Positions 1 to 8,493 of a DNA stretch of 64,000 bases are shown piece after piece. Made by a program: the position numbers and the translations under genes. Within the stretch, counting starts at the first letter, position 1. Every line of letters starts with the position of its first letter. The notes beneath the pieces are model-generated. The model did not search any database, was not told where the DNA came from, and saw only the letters and a program-made list of their open reading frames with translations. Source of the stretch: Fimbriimonadales bacterium (GTDB lineage: Bacteria > Armatimonadota > Fimbriimonadia > Fimbriimonadales > ATM1); contig JBGTLG010000033.1 in assembly GCA_041744215.1 (NCBI GenBank), positions 1 to 64,000 of the forward strand, in the 5' to 3' direction.

Positions 1-196
1 CGCGTTCGAAATCGTAAAGAAGGAGGTGTTTCTTCAGAAGTTGAACTACATCCACCAAAACCCGGTCAGGCGCGGGTTGATGGCCGTAGCAGAGCAATAC
101 GAATGGTCGAGTGCAAAGATGTATCTGAATGGCGAAGTCGACTCGGATGGAGCTCTCGTCTCACGCGAACGTAGTCTCAACAGGAGGACCAGTTGA
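1..196 (+). mobile_element. C-terminal part of REP-associated tyrosine transposase (RAYT / IS200-like Y1 transposase), truncated by window edge
   Basis: Frame starting at nt 2 reads AFEIVKKEVFLQKLNYIHQNPVRRGLMAVAEQYEWSSAKMY...RRTS*; YIHxNPVRxGL and YxWSS are typical RAYT motifs. Not in ORF track. Confidence 0.85.
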
Positions 197-728
197 GACA
201 TCTGGGGATCGCGTCGTGTTTGAAGTCTGGGATGGGAAGAACGGTTTGCTCGTTGTTTCCGACTTGGATCCTTTGATGACGTACGTCGTGGATCCAAAGT
301 GGATTGTGAGTGCATCCTATCCAAGCTTGGATCGGAGCGGACAATGGGTTGTTTTCACAGGGACGAGCGACGACGGCAGGGAGGGCATATGGCGGTGTGA
401 CGTCAACGGGAAGAACCTTGAGCTGCTGTCAGATTCCGGTAAGCGGGCCGTATTTCTTGCGCATCAAGATGTGATCGCCCTCATCAATCCCGGAGAAAAG
501 GGAGAGGCGATTGTTCGACTGGCAGTCGGCGAGCGAGCCAGCAGTCGCAATGCAGCTTCAGCGCACTTTGTGACCACTATTAGTAGTTCGAATGATGGCA
601 GATCTCTTGCCTTTCAGAAGCTGGAAGGGGGTAAATGGAAGCTGTGTCTGGTCGACATGGAAACAGATCAAGTTCGGGAAGTTGACGTGGGTGAAGCTAA
701 TCTATCATGGAGTGTATACGTACGATAA
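129..728 (+). CDS. TolB/PD40-like beta-propeller protein, probably a 5'-truncated fragment
   Basis: Repeats such as PSLDRSGQWVVFT and SSNDGRSLAFQ; no signal peptide; 5' end overlaps RAYT so true start is uncertain. Confidence 0.55.
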   Translation: MAKSTRMELSSHANVVSTGGPVETSGDRVVFEVWDGKNGLLVVSDLDPLMTYVVDPKWIVSASYPSLDRSGQWVVFTGTSDDGREGIWRCDVNGKNLELLSDSGKRAVFLAHQDVIALINPGEKGEAIVRLAVGERASSRNAASAHFVTTISSSNDGRSLAFQKLEGGKWKLCLVDMETDQVREVDVGEANLSWSVYVR

Positions 729-819
729 GCATGTTGATCGTTTTGTCGCTGATTTGACAAAAGCTATCTTGCATTGTCTCTGAAACACATGAATTCAGAA
801 GTAAGTTCACTGACTACAA

Positions 820-1236
820 TGAGGTTTTCTGGAGGCCGTAAGCGGGCTCGGACGACCTTCGCCTATGACCCTCCGGGGCAACATCACTTTGAAGCATCAG
901 TAGGTGTCCAGCTAACTCACAGCCTACGACGCGGCGAACCGTCTCCCTATGGCGTTGCAGGGATCGAACCTGATGACATTCGCGTATGATGATATTGGCA
1001 GCCTGACCGAGATCATAGAAACGACGGACGCTGCGATGACGACATACGTCTATGACGACGAGAACCGATTGACTCCGGTCGAGAAGTGGGATACTTCCGG
1101 TGGAGGCGACCAACCACCGGAGACTTCGACGTATACCTACGATGGGGACGGGCTCAGGCGCCCGACGCACGAACCGGCAGCGTCGCTGACGACGTTCGTA
1201 TGGGACGGCGACGACTACTTGCAGGAGCGAACGTAA
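820..1236 (+). pseudogene. Degenerate Rhs/YD-repeat remnant (3' end of Rhs shell gene)
   Basis: RTTFAYDPPGQ in one frame, then a stop at 913-915, then TAYDAANRL...TFAYDDIGSL...YVYDDENRL...YTYDGDGLR...FVWDGDDYLQERT* in another frame. Confidence 0.8.
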
Positions 1237-2124
1237 ATGCCGGTTGTGAACTACATCGTTGCGAACGGAAGATTGATCGCGGAAAAGCGCGCAGGTTCCC
1301 GCAAGTTCTATCTGCCAGACGCGTTGGGTTCTACCCGAGCGCTTGTGAATGATTCCCAGACAAAGACAGATACGTTCACTTATTGGCCGTATGGTGAGAT
1401 CGAGGACAGAACGGGCAACACGGTGACGCCGTTTCGGTGGCTCGGAGCTGTCCCCATCTACAGCGATCACCTGTATTTTCTCAACCCTGCGTATCTGCCT
1501 CATTTGGTTGCATTCCTTGGCGGTCAAACCGCGCCTGGAGGAAGACTTACTCAACCGGAGCAAGCCGCCAAGGATGCAATCAATCGAATGCTCCAAAAGT
1601 GTGCATGGTCTCTTAGCGAGAGACACCGAAATACACTGCTCATTGCCTGGTGGTGTTTAGTCTACGGCGAAAGCAGTTTCGACTCACAACTCCTTGGCCC
1701 TTATGATCCGAATGACGTTGACCCCAGAACTGGCAAGAACCGAAAGAACGAAAGACTACGAGCTCGCGGAGCTACGCAGATCAATCAGTGGTCGCTCGAG
1801 GATTGTGCGCCACCAGAATGTAAGGACAAGATATTCGACCTAAATTGCAATATCGAGGCCGCATTCAATCTGTTCGTTTCGATGTGCAACGACCCACTTG
1901 TTCCGACTGGCCAAAAAGACCCAGTACCTCGCAATCCGCTCTCCGCCTTCCGGGGGTACTGGGAGTGCACGAGGCCAGGTTCGTCTGGGGCAAGATTCCG
2001 AAAGTGTCTTGAAGATCGAGGTGAATCCTACGAGCGGATCAAGGACGTTCCATGTCCGCCGAAGACCCGAGCTTGCCCAGGCTGTAGGACTGCTCGCCCA
2101 GTCAAGGATCGGAGTAACCTGTGA
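1237..2124 (+). CDS. Rhs-core cassette with C-terminal lytic transglycosylase (SLT/lysozyme-like) putative toxin domain
   Basis: YLPDALGST...YWPYGE...TPFRWLG Rhs core; C-terminus has GESSFD (catalytic Glu), GATQIN and NIEAA SLT-type motifs. Confidence 0.75.
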   Translation: MPVVNYIVANGRLIAEKRAGSRKFYLPDALGSTRALVNDSQTKTDTFTYWPYGEIEDRTGNTVTPFRWLGAVPIYSDHLYFLNPAYLPHLVAFLGGQTAPGGRLTQPEQAAKDAINRMLQKCAWSLSERHRNTLLIAWWCLVYGESSFDSQLLGPYDPNDVDPRTGKNRKNERLRARGATQINQWSLEDCAPPECKDKIFDLNCNIEAAFNLFVSMCNDPLVPTGQKDPVPRNPLSAFRGYWECTRPGSSGARFRKCLEDRGESYERIKDVPCPPKTRACPGCRTARPVKDRSNL

Positions 2125-3122
2125 ACACCGATAGATACGACTGGCGAAAGTCGTTGCTGGTCGTCTTGATCCTGACCATCAGTGCTTCAGCTACCGGTGA
2201 TATCGCTTGGCAGCGGCAAGCGTTCCCGATTGTCCAGGATTGGCGTACCGCACTCACAGTAGAGGACTTGCGTGGGTGGAGCGCGCGACTAATCGAGGGA
2301 GATTCGTTGTTGATCAGCCCTCCCGGTGGCGCTTCCTTCCTCGTGCCGGTCTACAATCCAGGAGGCCAAAATCCGTTTGTGGTTACCCCAGACGGCGAAC
2401 ACTTACTCCTCAGCATTAACGAGGAAATCACCTGCTTTCAGCGAAATGGCCAGCTACTTTGGACCGAGCCAGTGGAGTACTACTACAATCCTTTATCGAT
2501 GGCAGTGTCCGAAGATTATGTTGTTTATGATGAAGGATCGCTTGGTTGGGGAGTAGCATCCTCGTCCGACGAATTCTATTGGTTCTGGCTGCCAGGAGCC
2601 TACCAGTCAAAACGGATGAAGTGTAGAGAACTCAGGTCGGGAAGGGAGCTTTGGAACTTCCCAATTTTGGCAACAGGGGCAGTCTTCGCCGTGTCGAAGT
2701 ATCATGTGCTATTCCTTCGACCTCGCAGTCCAGAGACCTATGAAGATTACTTGAGCTTTACTCAACCGGATCGATGGAATTACGTGCCCCACTACCTTGA
2801 TGTCAGAAGCGCCCTGACGGGCAAACTTCTAGCTTCATGGTTGTTGCCGGGTTCTGGCTGTTCCATCGCACAAAAGTTGTTCCTAGAGGAGGGCACATGC
2901 CGATCAACTATGGATGGATTCCACATCTGTGCCACCAACGGGGCGCCTTGCAACCAAACGTGCGTCGCAAGGGACTACTGCGAACTGAAAATGATCGGCG
3001 ACAGACCAGAGGCAAGCATCTGGGTTGACGATAAGCGTTTTGCGTTGTCCCTCATATGGTTGCACCAACGTAGTTCATCGGCGGCGGGTGGCCCGCCCGA
3101 CCAAGGAAAGAAAACGGAGTGA
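2121..3122 (+). CDS. Secreted PQQ-like beta-propeller protein, putative Rhs immunity protein
   Basis: N-terminal signal peptide; xGxLLW repeats (RNGQLLW, RSGRELW, LTGKLLASW); GTGA overlap with toxin gene. Confidence 0.55.
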   Translation: MNTDRYDWRKSLLVVLILTISASATGDIAWQRQAFPIVQDWRTALTVEDLRGWSARLIEGDSLLISPPGGASFLVPVYNPGGQNPFVVTPDGEHLLLSINEEITCFQRNGQLLWTEPVEYYYNPLSMAVSEDYVVYDEGSLGWGVASSSDEFYWFWLPGAYQSKRMKCRELRSGRELWNFPILATGAVFAVSKYHVLFLRPRSPETYEDYLSFTQPDRWNYVPHYLDVRSALTGKLLASWLLPGSGCSIAQKLFLEEGTCRSTMDGFHICATNGAPCNQTCVARDYCELKMIGDRPEASIWVDDKRFALSLIWLHQRSSSAAGGPPDQGKKTE

Positions 3123-3419
3123 AAGAACACGCAGCGGGAACAATGCTGGGTGCCATTGGTGATGCGAGAAATTAATGACACTCGACCCACCCCAGCTTCC
3201 CCATCACCATTGAAACGACGAGGCGCCGGGCAAGGTACATTGAGAAGTCCGATGTTCGCATACCGCAACTCCAAGACTGTTGGGACACCGCCGGACCAGA
3301 CCGAAACTCCACCGGGCCACCCGCCGCACGAGCTATCGGCGCCTGACGGGGCCACCAGCCGGTCTAGGAAAGCCCCGCTACACCGTGATATGGCGAGGTG
3401 TGTGATATAGTCTCTCTCC

Positions 3420-3752
3420 ATGGAATGCGCTTTTTTCGTTCCGATCCTGGAAGGCAAGACCGAGGCCGCGCGTGAGTTCGCGGCAAAAATGATGGAGAAC
3501 GGCGGCGAGCGGTTCAGTCAGGCCAACACGACCGTCACCAAGGAGAGTTGGTTCCTGCAGAAGACTCCGATGGGCGACTTTCTGATCGTCTACTCTCAGT
3601 CCCCCGACGCCAATCAGGTCATGAAGAACCTAGCCGAAGCCCAGGACCCCCTTGACGTCTGGTTCAAGGAGCAGGTGCTCGAACTGACGGGCTTCGATTG
3701 CAACGTGCCGATCGGCGACCTCCCCGAACAGGTCGCCGCGTGGGAGCGGTAG
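3420..3752 (+). CDS. Small conserved hypothetical protein (DUF6176-like / dimeric alpha-beta barrel)
   Basis: PILEGKTEAAREFA...ESWFLQ.TP.GD...DVWFKEQV...TG pattern; TG-TATAGT box upstream. Confidence 0.65.
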   Translation: MECAFFVPILEGKTEAAREFAAKMMENGGERFSQANTTVTKESWFLQKTPMGDFLIVYSQSPDANQVMKNLAEAQDPLDVWFKEQVLELTGFDCNVPIGDLPEQVAAWER

Positions 3753-3867
3753 GCCGACGGGGCGGGCCGCCAACGGGTTCCGACGGCAGTGTGGAGGGAC
3801 AGGCGGCGGGCACGGGCTCTCGTTTGTCTTACGCTCGGTGCCCCCGTGCGCCACTGACCGATCCGCC

Positions 3868-4095
3868 CGCAATCTCACAACAGGTTGAAGGTTGAAGGTT
3901 GACTTTCGGCTCCCCAAAGTCTTAACAAACGGAACTCTTGTAAACGAAAGAGGGCGCCCGAACCCCTCGCAACACCGCACCCAACCCATCCGGTGAACTC
4001 GAGAAACCGCGTTAACAATATTAGAACGTGATGAGTTCGATGAGTTCAGTGAGTTTGATGAGTCGTTAACAATTCGGAGACAGCCAGGTCAACCA
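3868..4095 (+). repeat. Dispersed ~220-bp non-coding element, copy 1
   Basis: Homologous to reverse complement of 62781-62993; AGGTTGA x3 (3882-3902); four 9-bp units (4030-4065) between GTTAAC boxes at 4011 and 4065. Confidence 0.9.
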
Positions 4096-4121
4096 GTAGC
4101 CGCCGGTTCAAACTCGGCAAA

Positions 4122-4973
4122 TCACTCCGCAGCCTGCCAGTCGCCCCCGTCGCGGTCGTGCCAGTTGCGAACATCGCCAGTCTCGCGTGCAGATCTGAGT
4201 GCGGCGAAGTCGATCACGGCGACCGCGATGCCCTCCTCGTCGGGCGCAGTCTCTGCGAGCAAACCGTCTTCGGGAAACGGCTCAATGCAGGGCGCAAGGA
4301 TCGCGCTGGACCCGACCGCGCTAGGCACCGGCTCACGCCCGAGTGATCCGACCAGTGACGAGTGAACAACAAAGATTTGGTTTTCGATTGCCCGCGCATT
4401 GCAAGCCTTTCGCACGCGATGAAAGCCGTGCATCGTCTCGGTAAATGCGGGAACGCACTGCAAAAGGACACCGCGCTCCGCGAGGATTCGACTCGACTCG
4501 GGAAACTCGCAGTCGTAGCAGATGGTAACGCCGATGCGAGGATCAGAGAATCGCGTCAAGCCGGCGCCTGGCGACAGCCGCCACACATCGCGTTCGTATG
4601 AAGTGAGCTTGACTTTTGGCTGGCGACCTGCGAACAGACCGCCGTTGTGATACACATCGCAAACGTTTTGGTATCTATCACCAAACTTGACGATGTGGGA
4701 GCCCAGGACAACCCAGATAGGGTAATCCTCCAACTCCTCAGCGAACAAGTCGCCGAGGCCCGCCGCGGCCGAAGCCAAGATCTCTGGGACCTCGGCTTCA
4801 GAATAGTCGTGTGCAGCGAGCAGCTCGATGTTGAAGTTCTCGGGGAACACCGCGACCTGCGCACCAGCGTCGACCACCTGCGCGAGCACCTGCGAGAAGT
4901 GATCGCGAAAGTCCGCCAGCGAAGATGCGGGTCGGATCTTCCAGTTGACGGCAGCGACGGTCAGGGTGTCCAT
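4122..4973 (-). CDS. Carbon-nitrogen hydrolase (nitrilase superfamily)
   Basis: VFPE, QPKVKLT, ICYDCEFPE triad motifs; ARAIENQ. Confidence 0.92.
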   Translation of the reverse strand: MDTLTVAAVNWKIRPASSLADFRDHFSQVLAQVVDAGAQVAVFPENFNIELLAAHDYSEAEVPEILASAAAGLGDLFAEELEDYPIWVVLGSHIVKFGDRYQNVCDVYHNGGLFAGRQPKVKLTSYERDVWRLSPGAGLTRFSDPRIGVTICYDCEFPESSRILAERGVLLQCVPAFTETMHGFHRVRKACNARAIENQIFVVHSSLVGSLGREPVPSAVGSSAILAPCIEPFPEDGLLAETAPDEEGIAVAVIDFAALRSARETGDVRNWHDRDGGDWQAAE

Positions 4974-5118
4974 TCGAGCATTGCGGCGGCGTCGCCGGAT
5001 TCCTCGTCATCCATGGTGCCGGTCGCAACGCCCGCGCATATCATCCCATATCGGAGCAGCGGGGTGAGGGTTCGGTCGATTGCATCGCCATTGGGATAAA
5101 CTCCTCGTCCAGCCGCAC

Positions 5119-6246
5119 ATGATTTCATTGAGAGGAACCCCTTGGGCCCGCCCTATCGCGGGATGCGCGATCTTGCTCGCCGTCGTTGCCAGCCAGACCG
5201 TCTCGTCGCCCCCGAAGGACGATGCCGTCAAGGACGCGACGCTCGCGTATATGCGGGAAGCGGGCGTGGTTGGCTGTGCGGTCGCGATTGCCGAGAAGGG
5301 CAAGCTCGTTTTCTCCTCCGGCTTCGGGTTTGCCGACCTCGAGAATCCTGCGGAGGCCCGGCCCCAGACCTTGTTCCGGCTCGCCTCGATCAGCAAGCCG
5401 ATCACGGCGGTAGCCGTGATGAGGCTGGTTGAGCGGGGGCAGGTCGACTTGAAGGCGGATATTCGCACTTACGTCCCGGAGTTTCCGGACAAGGGGCATA
5501 AGATCAGCGTCGAGCAAGTTCTGAATCACACTTCGGGAATCAGACACTACAAAGGCGATGAGTTTGCCAGCACGAAGCGATACGAATCCGTTTCGGATTC
5601 GCTGAAAATTTTTCAGGACGATCCGCTATTGCACCCTCCGGGCGAGTCTTACACCTACACGACTTACGGCTACACGCTGCTCGCGCGGCTGATTGAAAAC
5701 GTGAGCGGCAAATCATTTCCCGATTTCTTGAACGAAGAAGTTTTTGTTCGTGCGAACATGTACGCCAGCAAGATCGACGATGCGACTGCGATCATCCCCA
5801 ATCGCGCGAAGGGTTACCGCGCTGGGCCAGATAACAAAGCGATCAATTCGAGCTTTGCGGATACGAGTTACAAGTGGGCTGGAGGAGGGATGCTTTCGAC
5901 CGCACCCGACATGGCCCGGTTTGGGGTTTCGCTGTTGAACGGAACCTTGCTAAAGCGGGATTCCGTGGCGCGCATGTGGACAACGTCTTCGCTTCCAGAC
6001 GCAAGGATAACGAGGTACGGGTTAGGCTTCCACGTCAACCAACTTGAAGGAAGGCGGATGATCAGTCACACAGGATCGCAGCAAGGCGCACAAACAGCGA
6101 TGCTGATCTTTCCTGATCATGATGTTGTGATCGTCGTCCTCACAAACTACGAGAATCATCGCGCGATGGACTTAGCGCGCCGCATCGCCGAAGCGTGGCT
6201 CGGTATCGACGCGAAGGCACCCCTCGCCGGGGCCGTGGGCAACTAA
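5119..6246 (+). CDS. Serine hydrolase, beta-lactamase class C/AmpC-like, secreted
   Basis: FRLASISK (SxxK), LNHTSGI, YTTYGY, HTG; signal peptide; start uncertain. Confidence 0.9.
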   Translation: MISLRGTPWARPIAGCAILLAVVASQTVSSPPKDDAVKDATLAYMREAGVVGCAVAIAEKGKLVFSSGFGFADLENPAEARPQTLFRLASISKPITAVAVMRLVERGQVDLKADIRTYVPEFPDKGHKISVEQVLNHTSGIRHYKGDEFASTKRYESVSDSLKIFQDDPLLHPPGESYTYTTYGYTLLARLIENVSGKSFPDFLNEEVFVRANMYASKIDDATAIIPNRAKGYRAGPDNKAINSSFADTSYKWAGGGMLSTAPDMARFGVSLLNGTLLKRDSVARMWTTSSLPDARITRYGLGFHVNQLEGRRMISHTGSQQGAQTAMLIFPDHDVVIVVLTNYENHRAMDLARRIAEAWLGIDAKAPLAGAVGN

Positions 6247-7127
6247 GCTGGGTTAGGAACGAAGTCTCCACCTCGGCAGGATTTGAGATAGTTTAGAGAA
6301 GAAACTTGCCCAGTCATTTCGAGTTCGTCGCGATAGACAGGATCGTGCCAGCCCTCGATATCAATCGCGCCGACAAAGCCGCCTTTGCGGAGAATCGAGA
6401 TGATGTCGGCCCAGTTTGAATCGCCGAATCCTGGTGTGCGGTGCCAAACCGTCGATATGCCGGAGCGTAATCCTTCTGACTCGATAATGTCCCAGTTGAT
6501 CGTCGCGTCTTTCCCGTGAATGTGATAGATTCGATCTACCCACTTTCGGAGTTGCGGAATTGGTTCGATCAAGGAAACCATTTGGTGACACGGCTCCCAC
6601 TCCAACCCCAACGTGTCTCCTGGCACTTCGTTGAACATCATTTCCCACGCACGAGGTGCATGCGCGATGTTCCAACGAGGTCTCTCCCAACTGCCGCCCA
6701 TATCGCAGTTTTCGAAGGCGATCTTTACACCTTCTCCATCTGCCACTTCAGCAAGATGTCCAAACACCTCTTTGAACTTCGGCATACTCTCGGGGAGCGG
6801 CCTGTCTTCGAGCGCACCTGCGAAGCCGCAAACGACATTACAACCGAACAGCTTTGTTTTTTGTATCAGCGTCTCCCAATCCTTCGCCGTTTGCTCATCT
6901 TGCAGCGGATTTCCATAAATGCCGACACTGCTGATGACCGCGTCGTCACCGATTGCGTCGAGGGCCTGCTTGGCGAGAGCGTCTAGATCGATATCGCCTA
7001 TGTATTGCCACAGGGTCAGTTGGAAGGACTCAAAGCCGTGGGGCAGGATTTGCTCAAGGTACTTCGCACCGAGGTTCATTCCGGCCAACGTGCCGATTCG
7101 GATGTCTTGGTGGTTGTCGCGGGACAT
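6243..7127 (-). CDS. Sugar phosphate isomerase/epimerase (xylose isomerase-like TIM barrel)
   Basis: IAFENC, EWEPCH, HIHGKD, PGFGDSNW, IDIEGWHD. Confidence 0.9.
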   Translation of the reverse strand: MSRDNHQDIRIGTLAGMNLGAKYLEQILPHGFESFQLTLWQYIGDIDLDALAKQALDAIGDDAVISSVGIYGNPLQDEQTAKDWETLIQKTKLFGCNVVCGFAGALEDRPLPESMPKFKEVFGHLAEVADGEGVKIAFENCDMGGSWERPRWNIAHAPRAWEMMFNEVPGDTLGLEWEPCHQMVSLIEPIPQLRKWVDRIYHIHGKDATINWDIIESEGLRSGISTVWHRTPGFGDSNWADIISILRKGGFVGAIDIEGWHDPVYRDELEMTGQVSSLNYLKSCRGGDFVPNPA

Positions 7128-7175
7128 AGATTGGCGAGGTTACCTCCCAGCGGAAGGGGCATAATGGCCGCTCCA

Positions 7176-7982
7176 ATGAGCTTCACCGACCGATATCGAA
7201 TCTCTCCTGCCGAAGCCACAGATCTGACCTCGTTCGCCACGGATGACGACGGCGGATTCGAGCAAAAGGCCACTCAGGAGGCTACGAAGGCGCTGGTCGA
7301 CCGGATGGTCGAGCTGCAGGAACTGATGTACGCAGAAGGCAAGCACTCGCTGATGATCGTATTGCAGGCGATGGACGCTGCTGGCAAGGACAGCGTGATT
7401 CGAAACGTGTTTGGTCCAGTGAACGCTCAAGGGCTCAACGTCGCCTCATTCAAGGCCCCCACCCCTATCGAGTTGGCACATGATTATCTTTGGCGAGTGC
7501 ACGCTGTCACTCCTCGAAAAGGGACCATCACCGTTTTCAACCGCTCGCATTATGAAGATGTCCTCGTCGTTCGCGTGAGAGGGCTCGCGCCTGAATCCGT
7601 TTGGTCGAAGCGGTACGACCACATCAATGACTTTGAGAGACTGCTGAACGATGAAGGCACGCACATCTTGAAATTCCATCTACACATCTCGCCCGAGTAC
7701 CAGAAGCGGCAGTTTAGGGAGCGTCTCGAGGACCCGAAGAAGCACTGGAAGTTCAACCCTAAGGATCTCGACGATCGAGCGCTCTGGGGTGAGTTTCAAA
7801 AGGCGTATGAGGTTGCGCTGTCACGTTGCTCTACATCGTACGCGCCGTGGTACGTGGTTCCGGCGGAGCGGAAGTGGTTTAGGAACCACCTGATTACGTC
7901 CGTTGTGGTTGAATTCCTCGAGTCCCTCGACATGAAGTATCCGACTCCCGAGTTTGATCCGTCCAGCTTCGTGTTCGATTAG
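7176..7982 (+). CDS. ppk2: Polyphosphate kinase 2 family
   Basis: LQAMDAAGKD Walker A, FNRSHYEDV, HDYLWR, APWYVVPA. Confidence 0.95.
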   Translation: MSFTDRYRISPAEATDLTSFATDDDGGFEQKATQEATKALVDRMVELQELMYAEGKHSLMIVLQAMDAAGKDSVIRNVFGPVNAQGLNVASFKAPTPIELAHDYLWRVHAVTPRKGTITVFNRSHYEDVLVVRVRGLAPESVWSKRYDHINDFERLLNDEGTHILKFHLHISPEYQKRQFRERLEDPKKHWKFNPKDLDDRALWGEFQKAYEVALSRCSTSYAPWYVVPAERKWFRNHLITSVVVEFLESLDMKYPTPEFDPSSFVFD

Positions 7983-8123
7983 GTCTTCCCCCAGAGCAAC
8001 CGCCCTGGTTCAGGTTTCTGCTGAAACAAAGTTGGATCCTCGCCCGTACTGCTCTATAATGGAAGGTAACCGGGCATCCTGCCCGGCAACCGACAGGCAA
8101 CCAGAATTCGGGGGGTATCCCAG

Positions 8124-8486
8124 ATGCGCCTTCTGATAGTCAACAACCACTCGGGCGAGGAAATCCTAAAGGAATCCAATTGGCCCGGAGAACTGCCCCG
8201 CGTTGGAGACATTATGGAACTCCATAGCGGCCCTGCTCAACGGTACAAGGTTGAGGAGGTCGATTGGGTGTTTGAGGATTCACCCGAGGAAGTCCACGAA
8301 GATATACCGCTGAAATACGCGAAAATCTTGGTGAGCATTCTCAATGGTACGTCACCCACATCCTCAGGACCCATCGGGGCGACTGAGCTTTGCAAGTGTG
8401 GTCACCGCGCGGAGATCCACACAGCTGTAGGGTGCAAGGGCCGCGGCGGCTATTGCGAATGCAAGGGCTTCGTCGCGCACGACTAA
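8124..8486 (+). CDS. Hypothetical protein with C-terminal Cys/His metal-binding motif
   Basis: LPRVGD SH3-like N-terminus; CKCGH-x3-H-x4-C-x6-CECKGF. Confidence 0.65.
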   Translation: MRLLIVNNHSGEEILKESNWPGELPRVGDIMELHSGPAQRYKVEEVDWVFEDSPEEVHEDIPLKYAKILVSILNGTSPTSSGPIGATELCKCGHRAEIHTAVGCKGRGGYCECKGFVAHD

Positions 8487-8493
8487 CGGCAGC

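Noticed and set aside
3630-3989. ORFs 3630..3989(-) and 62932..63321(+) sharing QPVVRLR
   Set aside because: The shared peptide only reflects the DNA repeat; frames are not otherwise conserved and overlap other genes.
4030-4065. CRISPR array or mini-array at the 9-bp repeats (also 62802-62846)
   Set aside because: Units are 9 bp and contiguous with no spacers; no cas genes in the window.
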